This document shows, in pieces, positions 1 through 13,650 of a DNA stretch of 64,000 bases; position 1 is the stretch's first letter; each line of letters opens with the position of its first letter. The notes under the pieces were generated by a model. That model was not told the origin of the DNA and ran no database searches. It was given only the letters and a program-made list of their open reading frames with translations. A program made the translations under genes and the position numbers. This DNA is from Octopus bimaculoides. Taxonomy: Eukaryota. The stretch is taken from the NCBI RefSeq assembly GCF_001194135.2, contig NC_068989.1:49261430-49325429 (forward strand), given 5' to 3'.

Positions 1-178
1 TATATGGTGAAGCAAATATTTGCTGATCCCTTAATTATATTTATAAATATATATGAGCTTTTAAGTAAGTTCTCCACCAATAATGGTGCTTTCATATCGA
101 TGGGCTTGGTAAAAATTATTAATTGTTAATTGATTTATTAATTAATAAATTGATAATCCTTTACCTTTTTAATTTGTA

Positions 179-211
<33 letters not shown>

Positions 212-220
212 GATATAGAT

Positions 221-528
221 TGCCTCACTGGCACTAGTGCCGGTGGCATGTGAACAAAACATTGGACTGACTCCTGTGCAAATGGCATGTAAAAAACACC
301 ATTTGAGTGTGACTGCTGCCAGTACCGCTAGAATGGCCCTTGTGCCAGTGGCACGTAAAAAGCACCCACTACACTCTCGGAGTAGTTGGCGTTAGGAAGG
401 GCATCCAGCTGTAGAAACTCTGCTAGATCAGATTGGAGTCTAGTGTAGCCATCTGGTTCGCCAGTCCCCAGTCAAATCGTCCAACCCATGCTAGCATGGA
501 AAACGGACATTAAATGATGATGATGATG
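221..528 (+). mobile_element. SINE-like repeat, family N ((GAT)n tail)
   Basis: Contains GGCGTTAGGAAGGGCATCCAGCTGTAGAAAC and ends CCAACCCATGCTAGCATGGAAAACGGACATTAAA(TGA)n; many other copies in the window. Confidence 0.85.
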
Positions 529-701
529 AAATCTACATATAGATAAATATACACATGGATAAATATATGTATACATAGAATTTTATCTAAAAAATAAAAC
601 ATATTATTAATTCTAAAGATTTTTTATCTTAGTAAAATATTAACCTGATCATTTATATATGAACAATTGCTACCTTATGATTTATTAGATATACCATACA
701 C

Positions 702-733
702 ATAGACAGACAGACAGGCAGGCAGGCAGACAT

Positions 734-778
<45 letters not shown>

Positions 779-806
779 TAGATAGATAGATAGAAAGACA
801 GATAGA
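702..806. repeat. Compound (CAGA)n/(CAGG)n/(TAGA)n microsatellite
   Basis: Direct reading. Confidence 0.95.
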
Positions 807-1004
807 CTCTCTCTGTATGTTGTCTAAGAAGACTATGTCATAATCAGACTTTACATCAGTTGTCTGCCTGTTCATGCCTTTGTTGTGCTATACACACACA
901 AATACACAATGGGTTTCTACACGGTAGCTGTTTACCAGATTTATGCACAGGACATGCATTGGCCTGGAACAACACACACACACACACACATATATATACT
1001 AGCA

Positions 1005-1150
1005 ATGAGTCTCTATCAGTTTCCATTTAACAAATCTATGCACAGGGAGTCAGTAGGCTCAAGGTATGGTAGGACAATTGCTCAAGGTACCATGCAGTGG
1101 GACTGAACCAGGAATCATATAGTTGAGAAGCAAACTTCTTACTGCATAAC
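1005..1150 (-). mobile_element. tRNA-head SINE family A, diverged
   Basis: Reverse complement matches head and body of the 54236-54663 copy (GGTTCAGTCCCACTGCATGGTACCTTGAGCAA). Confidence 0.7.
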
Positions 1151-1159
1151 TATACATAT

Positions 1160-1209
<50 letters not shown>

Positions 1210-1770
1210 TAGAAGGCACATGCCAAGATGTTCTACAACATATCTGAAGCTGTAATTGCATGGTTACAAAGTGAACATTTTAACCACAAAGTCATTCAAT
1301 GAAAATGTAGAAATCATTGTAAGAAGTAATGGCTGGGCATCTGAAGATATTAAACCAAGCTAAAGGATTAGAGTTCAACAAGAAGAATATTCCAATATAG
1401 TGAAACACAAGAACTAAAAAGCTTTGTCATCTTCAGTTGACAAAGACGTCAAGCATGAGTGTTGGAAACAAGGAGGTTCATAAATAGCAACAGGAGTATC
1501 ACAAGGCTTTTACTTACTTGTTTTTATTTGTGTATAATGCACACATTTTTTCCTAGATGATTAAGCATAATAGTCATTTCATATGAGAACCAACTAAAGG
1601 TTACCCACACTTCTGTTTGTGTGCATGACCATATTTTGAATGGCCTAAAGTTATATTTATTGACCAAGTTAACTGATGCGCAATTAAGAGTCTTGAATCA
1701 TTATAATGATGTTATATTTTTCTCTCACAGTAATAATACACTTAATGTTCATTAGGTTTCATAACTCTAA

Positions 1771-1992
1771 GGTGGTAAGCTGGCAGAATTGTAAGCATGC
1801 TGGACAAAATGTTCAGCAGCATTTTGTCTGTCTTTACATTCATTCTGAGTCCAAATTCCACCAAGGTCAACTTCGCCATCCATCCTTTCAAGGATGATAA
1901 AATAAGTATCAGTCAAGTACTGGGAGCAATGTAATTAACTTGAGACTATCCTCCCATAAACTGCTCATCTTGTGCCAAAATTTGAAACCATT
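1771..1992 (+). mobile_element. tRNA-head SINE family M
   Basis: GAGTCCAAATTCCACCAAGGTCAACTT...CATCCTTTC...GATAAAATAAGTATCAG core shared with 53329-54183 and 58666-58850. Confidence 0.8.
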
Positions 1993-2180
1993 AGGTTTCA
2001 CAAGTCTACCCATAAGATCATATTACTCAACGTTGATTACTATTCTATTAACACATTGAAAAGTTCCAGAAGTAAATAGAAGCGACAAAATTATGAAATG
2101 TATATATGAAGTGTAGATACATAGCTGTGATTATACACTGCTTCGTTTCTCAGTGTGTGCGTATGCACTGTTACACGAAT

Positions 2181-2745
2181 ATGTCAAGGCATGTAGCCAA
2201 GTGGTTAAGGTTTTGGACTCACAATTATAAGCTCATGGGTTCAATTTCTCAACCTGGTGACATGTTATGTTCTTGAGTAAAGTACATCATTTTATGTTGC
2301 TCCAGTTGTTAGTATTTATATAACAGTAGTTGTAGGTTTGGCTGTGCAGTAAGAAGTTTGATTCCCAACAACATGGTCTCAGGTTCAGTCCTGCTGTGTG
2401 GCACCTTGGGCAAGTGTCTTTATTATAGTCCCAGTCCAACCGAAGCCTTGAGAGTAAATTAGGTACACTAAAACTAAGGCAAGCCCAGAGTGTGTGTGTG
2501 TATTTTGACAGTTAGTAATGTAAATGATTGTCAGTCATTCAAGCAATACCATTCATTTCCAATATTCTGCAAAAACATGTCTGGACATGGGGAAATATTA
2601 CCTTGCATGGAAACAGTTAAGTGTTTATGATGGGAAGGGTATCCAACTGCAGAAGACCTGCTTCAATATCTTTCCAACCCATGCTTGCATAGAAAAATGG
2701 GCATTAAAATGAAGATGAGGGTGATAATGATGATGATGAATCAAA
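2181..2745 (+). mobile_element. Cluster of three SINE fragments (family V 2181-2310, family A 2326-2500, family N 2517-2745)
   Basis: Each segment matches better copies elsewhere in the window. Confidence 0.7.
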
Positions 2746-4539
2746 CCTATAGCTATATTGAAAAAAGAAAGAAAGAAAGAAAGAAAGAAGAGAAAGAAAG
2801 AACAGACAGATAAGGAGAAAGTTTATAATACGGAACCCAGGCTGAGAAAGAGAGTGAGATAAGCAGACAGGTAGATAGACTAACAGATACATACCCTAAG
2901 AGGCATTTAAATAGACAAATACCAAGAGAAGCACAAGATTTACTGGTACATAGAGCACCAAAAAACAGATTGACAGTGAGAGAGACATATAGATCGATAC
3001 ATTAATAGACAAATTGATAGATAAGAGTGGTTCCTTTTTAAAGGTAATATTCAAGCATAAGCAGATTTATATAATTATTTATGAGTTTAATGTTTACCAA
3101 CCTCGACACCAGGGTGATGACAAAAATAACAAAAATAAGAAAGTTACAAATAGAGCAGACAATATGCTACTAGGAATTTGAGAAAGATTAAAGTTACATT
3201 GAAAGCTGTACATTTAAGATTAGTGTCTCCTGCAAAGAAAGAGTAAATTAACAAACTAAGCTCATATAGTGTTTCTGCTGTAGCCAGAGCATGAGTGTTA
3301 GGTTGACTAGAGAGAGACAGTATGAATGAAGAAACATTTGACTGTTAAGAGAGATTAATAAAAACACTTGAGTACCATATAAAAGAGATAATAAAATAAA
3401 ACAACATGGATTATGACCATGGTAATGGTGATGATAATGATGGTAGTGGTAGTAATGGTGTTGTTATTGCTGTTGTATATCTCAGATCAGCCCTGGCCAT
3501 GCAGAATTATGGTCAAAGGCATTGTCCACATGCCTCTCTTTTCCTAAGATAGTATGGCATGGTTTCAGGGAACATGGCTGCTATTTCTAGCAGGTTGAAC
3601 CACTGCATAGATTTTACTTCATTGGTTCAGCAGTGATGATGGTGATGGTTGTAGAAGTGATGATGGTGATGATAGTAGTGGTGGTGGTGGTGGTGGTGGT
3701 GGTTGTTGTTGTCACAGTGATAGTCGTAATGACACTGATATCATTGCTGGTGTTGGTAGAGATGGTGATGATAATGGTGGAGTTAGTGGTGATGATGCTG
3801 ATGGGTGGTGATACTGTTTGGTGTCGGTTGTGAAGTGACGTTTGTTATGATGATGTTATGATGGTGATGAGGAAAGAAGAGTGGAAATAGTTAACAAAAA
3901 AAAAAAAAAGAAACAAAACACAAGTGAAATGAAAATCAACAACCTAAACAAGCAAACACTGACAATCACGCAGAGAGGGACAGACAGATGGATGAACACA
4001 AACACATATGCACGCATACGCACACAATCTGAAAAGTTTCAACAACAATAAAATAAACTAGCACCAGGTGAAAGAATGTTTCATAGAAGCAATAGAAGAA
4101 TGACTATCTGAAGACTTATGCAATATCTGATCAAGGTGATAGAATATGTACGCTAGGTAGAGCTATGAAATATCTTGCTTTGACTTCTAGCATGGCTTGT
4201 TTCTTTTATCATCGGTCATTTCTAAGCAATAATTTACATAAATCTCCATCACTGTGTGTGCATGTGTGTGTGTGTGTGTGTATGTGCGTGTGCACATATA
4301 CATATATATATATATGCATTAGATGTGTACATTTTATTATTGAATGACTTATGTCAACTTCTATAGGTGTTAGGAGAAACGTATTGTACAAGTTTTTCTT
4401 TCCAATCTTCATTCAACTATTTCCCCAGCTTCCCATGTTTCTCAATAATTCAATTTGAAATGGTGGCACTAGAGAAAACATTGAGCTGCCAACAACTTTC
4501 ACTTCCAGCACTCATTGTTTTAACACATGTGCTCTGGTT

Positions 4540-4561
4540 TTCTCTTTCTCTCTCTCTCTCT

Positions 4562-4603
<42 letters not shown>

Positions 4604-4632
4604 GTCTGTCTATCTATCTATCTATCTATCTA
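4540..4632. repeat. (CT)n/(ATCT)n microsatellite
   Basis: Direct reading. Confidence 0.95.
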
Positions 4633-4946
4633 TTTCTATTTCTCTCTTATTTTACAAAACATACATTCTCTCTTCCTTCTGTCTTTTCCACAGTAAGGAA
4701 AGTGAGTAGTATATCTTAAGTATTTGGATCCAGTGCTCCTCTCCACCACCAATCTGATTAATGCAGAACCATTTCTTGTTCCTCACTTACCAAACCTACA
4801 TCACAAAGCAAAAATGTCTCACAGTTCAAGCACAAAGTAAAAACCATCAACTTTTATGTTGCATTTTATGAATTTTCCAGTCAACGCGTATGTATGTACA
4901 CATGTGTTTCTGTATGTACTTGCGTGGTTTACACACACATATCGAA

Positions 4947-4979
<33 letters not shown>

Positions 4980-5849
4980 TATATATATACATATATATGC
5001 ACAAGTTATCTTTCAAAGATATCTTTAGTAATTTTATTTTTACGTTTCAAAGGGGATTTTTTTTTTTCTGATGTTGAAAAAAAAAAACAAAAATTCATAT
5101 TCTTGCTTTGTTCTTCTTTGAANNNNNNNNNNAAAAAAAAAAAAAAAATTCATATTCTTGCTTTGTTCTTCTTTGAATAAAGTTATTCAGATATTAAAAA
5201 AAAAAGTTATTGATTATGATCAAACAAATATGTAGGCAAAAATCTACAAATGAATTCTACAAAAAAATTTAAAAATCAGTTAATATATTAAAACGAATTC
5301 TGATTCCAATGAAGAGTAAGAGAAAGCAAGTGGAATACAGGAAAATTTAAAACAGTAAAGGGGGAAAAAATATTCTAACCAAATATTAAATTACAAATTG
5401 AAATGTCTAAAAATTAATATTGTCTTTAATTGAAAATTATATCTCTTGACTTGTAATTTTTATATGATATATTTTATTAAATGTAAATTGGTCTGCCATA
5501 TAGGGCTTGTGCCTCCTTCATTAGATTTGGTAGGAATTAATTGAAGGCTAGTATTTGGAAGAAAGATCCAGAGGGATATAAGTTCGGGGGAATACAATTA
5601 ATGATGTGTGTTCTGGATAAGGCTTGACTAGTGGCAAATACATCAGGTGGGTTTTAGATATAGGAGAACAGGGAAAATTTAATATGTCTATTAGAGCAGA
5701 AGTGGGGGCAGTGCAGGTTTTGGTAGTGGCAGCAGGTAAAGATAAAATAAAATTCCGTTCTCAAATCATGCTGACTCACAAGGGCTGGTTTCCCAGTTTC
5801 ATGGCATATAAATTCCCCACCTAGACAGCAACGCCAGTCTGTCACAAGA

Positions 5850-5985
5850 TTATTATTTTTTGCCAGCTGAGTGGACTGGAGCAATGCGAAATGAAGTGCT
5901 CTGCTCAAGAACATGATGCATTGCCTGGTCCAGGAATCAAAACCACAATGAGTCCAACACCCTAACCACTAAGCCACACATCTCC
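5850..5985 (-). mobile_element. SINE family V head fragment
   Basis: Reverse complement of GTTGTGTTCTTGAGCAAGACACTTTATTTC-type body plus tRNA-like head. Confidence 0.65.
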
Positions 5986-7807
5986 ACCAGTGGCAGTAGC
6001 ATTAGAAACAAAGGAAAGATCCAGCTCAAAAGTATACCAGTTATTGTAAAAGAATTTTTGATTAAAAGTTTGCTATTATAGAGGGTAGTCTGAGGCCAAC
6101 TTTGCCTTTCATCTCTTTAGGGTTTAATTAAATAAGTACTAGTTGAACATTGGGGTTGATGTAAATCAACTTAACCCCACTACTTTAAGTTTTCCAGCCT
6201 TGCACTTAAAGGTAGAAAGGATTACCGTTTTGTTTGTTTTTAGGAATGAAGAAAAGGGAGTTATAAGTTTTAATTCTATCTAAAAAGAAGAAAAAAAAGT
6301 TCTTATTCCATATTGCCTGGTGTTCAAGAGAATAAGCCATTTTTGACCAAGTAGGCTAAGATGAAAGAACAGATAAATGAAACACTTAAGCAATGCTTAA
6401 TAACATCAGCTTTGTTAAGAATCTAAAAATGGAATAATTATTTTAGCTGTAGTCATTCTGAATAGTATCCCATTGGTTCTATCAAGCATTGCTGACTATT
6501 TTGTAAACCAGAAATTTCATATGATTTCAAGCACACAATAGCTGAGGGTAGTGGACAACCAGATTAAGTACCAGCAGTAGATGTCTAGTCCTTGGTATTG
6601 CACTGTGCTTGTGGTCAGCATACTGAACTCTCAAGAGGCCTAGTCTACATGAGGGTTTATTTCTTTATTTTTTGTTGTTCTATTACTGCTGCTACAGCTG
6701 AAGCAATGGTGTTTGCTCCTCTTCATCATTATCATCATCACAACATTTGACTTCTGTTTTCCATCCTGGAAGGCTTGACAGGAATTGGCAAGGCCAAAGG
6801 CCATACCGCATTCCATAGTCTGTTTTGGCTTGGTTTCTATGGATGTATACCCTTCTTCACACCAACCACTCCACAGAGTGTACTGGGTGCATTTTACATG
6901 ACACCATGCTTTTTACATGGTACCTTGATTTTCGAATCTCAATTTGGTTGTGGTGGGCAGGTCTTCTTGAGTACAGCAATGTGTCACATCTCTCCTCTTA
7001 TTTAACAAACTGCATTTAACATTCACCTCATCCCACCTGAGACACCCATCCCTGGCTATGTCCCATGCCTAATCTGTATTAAATATTTTCACTAACCATT
7101 CCTTTCTAAAATTATAGTTTTTTTTTTTTACCCACTCACACTTTTCCAACAGAAGCCAGAACTGAATATTGACGTTAATTGATTTCACCCAGTCTAGGAG
7201 GGCCTACAAAAGTCATGAATACTGTATCTCCACCTCGGATGAATTAGCAGAAAAGCTATTACTATTACTACTGTGGCAACAATGTATTAAAATTATTTGG
7301 TCATATTCAAGTCTGGAGCTGCAGGCAACATTTACAATGTTTCCTGCAGATCTTGTTGTCATGGAATTCTCCTTTACAAAGCTGACAACACTCACCAATA
7401 TCTACTTTGAATAATAATGTCTTCTTAACTTATGTAATTTAACTCTTCCAAATTTAGATCAGAGTCAAGATATAGCTGTACCTATAGTAACAGCAGAAGA
7501 GGTAGTACCATTAACAGTGGTTATAAACATTTCCAAAGGACATGAATTTGTAGTCAATTGAACACATCGTATAAATAACTGTGATGGTGGTGACAATACA
7601 CACGCACATACACAGATACGTGTGGGTGTGCAAGAGTGTGTGTGCAGGTGCGTGCATGTGTAATAGTATTAATTTAAGGAAATGGAAAATAGATTTGGTA
7701 CTAGTCTTTATTCAATACAATGATCATTTCAAGCCCTTCTCACAAACTGTGAACATGCATTACTCAACACAATAATTGACATATACCCATTCGTCCAAAA
7801 AATTAAA

Positions 7808-7871
<64 letters not shown>

Positions 7872-8515
7872 TTGGATTTCTTTCAGTTTTCATCTCCCAA
7901 ATTCACTCAGACTTTAGTTGGCCCAAAGCTGTAGCAGAAGACATTTGCCCAAAGTGTTGCACACTGGGACTGAACCTGTACTTTTTCTAGCAGGTGAAAT
8001 AACTATACAAAGATTCTTTCACTGGTTGAACTATACAAAGCTGTTTCCATGGAAAGTTTTGCATTGTCCATGTATCTACCGAGAGCATGTATGTGTGTAT
8101 TTCATATTGATCATGACACATATAGCAAGTAGAGCACTTGGTGTGAAATACATCATCAGACACGAATTAATGAGGAAACCTCTATGCAGCCACTCATGTT
8201 GCAAGTAATAACAGCTAAATCCCTCTCAAAACAAATAAAATATGACATATTATCCTAACTCAGATGTCCTAAAACTTCTATCTTTTTTATTTTGCAGCAC
8301 ATCTAATAATGTGACCAACATAACACGGCATCCCATTTCTACCCTAACCCTTCCTATCCACACCCAGCTCCATTGCATCCTTTTTGTGTAGCAGTCATAA
8401 ATAAAGAAGTTGGACTAAGAAAGGAAAAGAAAGATTCTTAGCTTTTATATTTGCAAATAACAAACATTACAACAAAATACATTACATAACAAATGTTCAA
8501 ACATATATATTGAAG

Positions 8516-8712
8516 CCTTTAGCATTTAGATTACTCAGTGAAGTGTGATGTTATTTTTTATTCACAATATTTTTGAATTTATCATGCATTATCTTTTGGT
8601 TTCAAGATTTCATTGATGAGAATTTATTTTTTTTTAGAGTGACATAGTAGGCCAGTTTAAACATAAAACAGGTAGGACATTTGGGCTAAATATGGCCTTA
8701 AATGATAGAGGA
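8516..8712. mobile_element. TTAA-type MITE family 1, decayed
   Basis: CCTTTAGCATTTAGATTACTC start; similar along its length to 22861-23069. Confidence 0.5.
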
Positions 8713-9181
8713 TTAAAAACACAAAAACGAAAATGGAAAAAAAGAGCATCACTGATGCTGCTAGAAGGAAACTTGTTTCAGATGTTTTTGACAAATTTCA
8801 GCAATCTGACACTGGATGCTTGACAAACACAACTGCATATTATTCTTCACTTTGCTGGATACCAATTTTGCATTCTTTTCATTTGTATATCTTTTATTAA
8901 GATTTTTATATCTTCAATTAAGTTTTATTAAAGCTGAGAACCTGTGCTCAAAAAGCCAGGTAGTTGAGAACTGGAGCTTTACAGTGTACACTGTGTGCTT
9001 TTACATAGCACCATCACCAATGCTTTTTATGTGGCACCAGCAACGGTGCTTTTTGCATGGCACCAACACCCACATCCTATACAGATAAAAATTTATTTCA
9101 TCTATACTAATGGTACAGACTTTTCATAAACATGGTTATTTATTTTTGATGAAGATCCAAAAGCTATCAAAGGAAACTTCA

Positions 9182-9346
9182 ACCATTTTGATACCAACCC
9201 ATCTGAGATCACTCCTGTTTCTATGATACAAACTTCCTGGTTTAGAACCTTTCATCAACATTTCTTGTTACTTTGTTCCAAACACAGACTGAGTCATGAC
9301 AAAATTATTTTGCTAAATTTTTCATTATTTTCAAAATTAATTGAAG
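9182..9346. mobile_element. TTAA-type MITE family 2, truncated
   Basis: TTTTGATACCAACCCATCTGAGA start homologous to 50617 and 60599 copies. Confidence 0.45.
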
Positions 9347-9369
9347 TCATGGCTAATATTGGTGTCATG

Positions 9370-9550
9370 TAAAAAGCATCCATTACACTCTTGGAGTGGT
9401 TGGCATAAGGAAGGGCATCCAGCTGTAGAAACCATGCTAAATCAGATTGGAATCTGGTGCAGCTCCCCAGCTTACCAGTTTTCAGTCAAACTGTCCTACC
9501 CATGCCAGCATGGAAAGCAGACATTAGAGGAGGAGGAGGAGGAGGAGGAT
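9370..9550 (+). mobile_element. SINE family N 3' part
   Basis: GGAAGGGCATCCAGCTGTAGAAAC motif; tail is (GAG)n here. Confidence 0.75.
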
Positions 9551-11866
9551 GAATTGAAACAATATTAGTGCTCTGAAATAACCAAAATACTTTCCCAGAA
9601 AATGAAAGTTTATATTAATAAAATGATACTGGGATTAGTTTGGTACCATTACCTTGTTGCTCAATTTCTTTCGATAAAGGGAATGTTCAGAGGAGGGTAT
9701 GTAGATTTGTCCATAGCAAGTGAGACTAAGTGATAGAAAACTTTGCACTTTGCAAGCTCTTGTAACTTTTGGGCCTGGCAAACAAACCATCACTCTCATT
9801 CACTAAAAGATACAAAAATCATTTTCTGATGTATAGTAGCTATCACTTTTACTGTCCAGACAGTCATCATCTGTGAATAACCAGTTTTTTAAAACAAATC
9901 TATTTCAATTGAACTTCAATTTGCGACACAACAAACACTCCAGCAAAATATTGGATTGACTGCTTACAAACACAACTGAATTACAGAGACATTGCACTTC
10001 AAGAGAGATATCTTTTACTCTTTGAATTCCTTCAATCAAGAATTAGAATAAATATTTAACATTACAAGCAAAAAGAATGTATGACATCGATTTCAGTTTA
10101 CTTTTATCTTCACTTCAGGTAGAGTGTTTCTTTTTACTGATAATGGAAAAAGTGTTCATGATACCACTAGTCAGTCTTAGTGGTATCCAAAGGTGCCACA
10201 GTATCTTGATTAAGAACCTCTGCACAAGATAGACTGTGTTTACAACAAGGATGCCACAAGGACTAGTCAGTCACAGTGTCACCCGATGATTCCACAATAT
10301 CTGGGTTAAGATGGTTAAGAAACTCTGATCTAGATAGACTATGTCGATACCAAAGATGATGACAACTGGAATGCTTTTGATATTAGGTCCACTTGTTCAG
10401 AGCTAAACACTATTAACAATATCAGTGAGTTCTGAAAATACAATCTGTAGATTTATGGTTGACTGTATAGAGCTTCAAATTGCTAACTAAATGATGAATG
10501 GTTCAAATTTCATAACCAGCATTAACTTTTGCTACATGGAACAGGAGCTTTACATTGCTATATAGAGTGGGAACACTATATCAATAACCATTGCTGGTTC
10601 ACAATGCTGAGTTTACATTTTCATAAAATATGTAACATAGGCATGGCTATCTAGATGCTTGGTTCACATTGTAACTATATGGTTTAAGGTTTTATCTCAC
10701 CGTGTGGCAACTGGGCCAGTGTCTTCAAATAAAGCCTCAGATCGGTCAATGACATATCAGTTGAATTGTAGAATCGGCTAATGGAAATTGTATGGAAGCC
10801 CATCATATGTGTATGTGTGTTTGTCTGTGTACTAGTAAATAAGAATGTTGACCTTTTATATCTTGTCACCACCTGAATAAATCAGAGATGTGATGTTTAC
10901 AATATGTCCACTTGCTTTGTACTTTCAAAAATAAATGAAATATATATAAAAACAAAATACCTTTACTTGAAAAAGTAAGGGATGCAAGAGGAAGAACATT
11001 CAGCCAGAAAATGCTACCTCAAATAAGTTTATGTCCAACTTGTGCAAGTATTAAAAAAACAGACATAAAACAAACAAATGGAGAAGTCAAATAAAATTTT
11101 TTCTAATTTTCGACCATAAAAACAAACCCCTCAGATATTTTGGCTTTATGTGCCTTTATTTCGATATTCTATCAGTGTATTAAAAATGAGTGATAGTCCA
11201 TCAAATATTTAAGCCTATCACACTAACGCAATTGCCACAAATTGGATACATTATTGGATACATTCAATGCAATCACTGAATAATATATCTAACTAGTGGC
11301 AATCGTTTTATTTAATTTCATTCTGACAGTTCTATGTTTAAATCTCACAAAGTTCAATAAAAAAAAAAGAAGTTCCACTATTTATCCTGATAATTCAATC
11401 AGCTAGATTTCTTTCCTTACAACAAATACTGGCCAGATACATTAGCAATAAAATATTTCTATGTTAGAGTGTACTGCTTTTACTTAATCAGAATTGGGAA
11501 ATTTCTATCTTTTCAATACGGTAGGTATAAAATTAATGCATTTAATGCAGTTAAATTAATGGATGCACAATGTGGGTGTGTGCGCATGTGTGTATGTGTG
11601 TGCGCATGTGTGTGCGTGTGCGTGCGTGTGTGTGTATTTGTTAAGCATAGATTGCTGACAAGGTTTGATTGGGAATTTCTGCTGTTAAACCACCTTCACA
11701 GAGTGGTTATATGGAAGAGCTATTATCAATCAACAGGGAATTAAAAGAGAATTATAGTTAAAACTTTAAGTACATTACTACTGAGATGCATTACACTCTA
11801 CATTAACAATCCAACATATAAAGGGATTACAATTCAAAACCCTAATCACAGACACTCACACAGTGT

Positions 11867-11990
<124 letters not shown>

Positions 11991-12825
11991 GTGTGGGTGT
12001 GGGTGTCAGAGAGAGAGAGCATGAGAAAGAGAGGGGGAGAGGGAATACGGTAAGAAATAAGAGAAATAACAAAAAAGGGACTCAATATTGGAGGTAGAGT
12101 AAAGATAATTCAGTCAATTGAAATGAAGCTAGCTGAGAGTATAAGTTTCAACAAATGCTACCAACTGTACTTTCAGTGAACTGTTTTGACTATAGAATGT
12201 ACAATGGCAGACAACAAACCAGAGTAACAGGATGACAGACAAAATGTACTCTTTCAGTCACTGCTCAGTGCAGCTCTTGTGGTGTTATACTGATATCAGA
12301 CAATGGAAATCACAAGGAAAAATTTTTTTTAATTAAAAATGAAAGGGGAGCTGAGTAGATATTTGCAAATGTGTCAATGGCTTATATACAGTGGTAGTTA
12401 CGAAAGTATACAAACAGATTGCTAACACGGCTGGCTCATTTTTACATGCAACCACACATATATTTACACAAGTAAGTGATATATGAAACACTTAGTATCT
12501 TTACATTCACAAATATCTACAAGAACAATATCGATAATATACCTTATGAAATAAAATAAAATAAGTAACTGATAAATACTTAAAATAAGTTCAGCACTAC
12601 ATGGATATATACATATTTTTCCATTTACTCTGCTTACTTACATATACAGACTCACAAGCATATCTTCACCTACATACATAAATATGCATGCATATATACA
12701 TGCATACACATGTGTGTGTATTTGATATATGTATATATATATATATTTTTTTTTTTTCTTTCATTCGTTTAGGCCATGCAGCTGTGGTCATGCTGGAACA
12801 CCACCATGGAATTATATATACATAT

Positions 12826-13125
12826 ATATATATAGTTTTAGGGAAAATAACCAATTTTCAAGAACTCATCGATGAAAATCCACTATCACATATAGAAAAA
12901 TTAATAATTAAAAGCACAATAAATGAGTATAATATAAAGTAAAGTAAATATCATAAGATAAATATAATATTATATTTATAATATTATATCTATCTTATGA
13001 TATTTACTTTACTTTATATTATACTCATTTATTGTGCTTTTAATTATTAATTTTTCTATATGTGATAGTGGATTTTCATCGATGAGTTCTTGAAAATTGG
13101 TTATTTTCCCTAAAACTATATATAT
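12826..13125. repeat. 300-bp near-perfect palindrome (fold-back inverted repeat)
   Basis: 12831-12960 is the exact reverse complement of 12991-13120; pairing continues to the centre (12975/12976) with one mismatch (12961/12990). Confidence 0.95.
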
Positions 13126-13249
13126 TTTATATATACTTTATCTATAAGGCTCAATTTAATTTTAATTTTTTAAAAATTGATTTTAATTGAGTTTTTTACC
13201 TGTAATTTTGGATTTTGTCCCTAATAATATTATACATATATATATATAT

Positions 13250-13475
13250 ATTCTTTTATTCTTTTACTTGTTTCAGTCATTAGACTGCGGCCATGTTGGA
13301 GTATCCCCTTAAAGTGTTTTAGTTGAAGATATCAACTCCAGGACTTATTCTTTGTAAGCCTAGCACTTATTCTATCATTCTCTTTTGCCAAACTGCTAAG
13401 TTATGTGGACATATACACACCAACATCAGTTGTCAAGTGATGGCTGGGGATAAATGCAGACACAAAGACACACAC
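13250..13475 (-). mobile_element. SINE family A 3' half
   Basis: TCTTTTACTTGTTTCAGTCATTAGACTGCGGCCATG is the reverse complement of the 54.6-kb SINE end. Confidence 0.8.
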
Positions 13476-13555
13476 ACATAAATATATATAAATATACATT
13501 CAGTCTGCTATAATGAATCCATAGACACATATAAAACATCCAAGAGTCTATATTT

Positions 13556-13650
13556 CTTTTGCTCTGAAGATATGTTCAGGTCATATAAATATAAATTGAA
13601 TATTTACTTAATATTTACTGAGTATTAACTGAAATAGCTATAAGTAAAGA
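13556..13650 (+). ncRNA. Type I hammerhead ribozyme-like motif (putative, Penelope-type)
   Basis: CTGAAGA (13564-70)...GAAA (13631-34)-T-AGCT-A-TA; stem I TTTTGCT/AGTAAAG; stem II junction irregular. Confidence 0.5.

Noticed and set aside
5075-5180. Direct repeat AAAAATTCATATTCTTGCTTTGTTCTTCTTTGAA on both sides of a 10-N gap
   Set aside because: Typical unmerged contig overlap; the same pattern occurs around the 27418-27427 gap.
13078-13110. Hammerhead-like string TCGATGA-GTTCTT-GAAA-ATTGGT-TA inside the palindrome arm
   Set aside because: Core positions 3-4 are wrong, stem II is at most 1 bp and stem I is poor; too degenerate to call.
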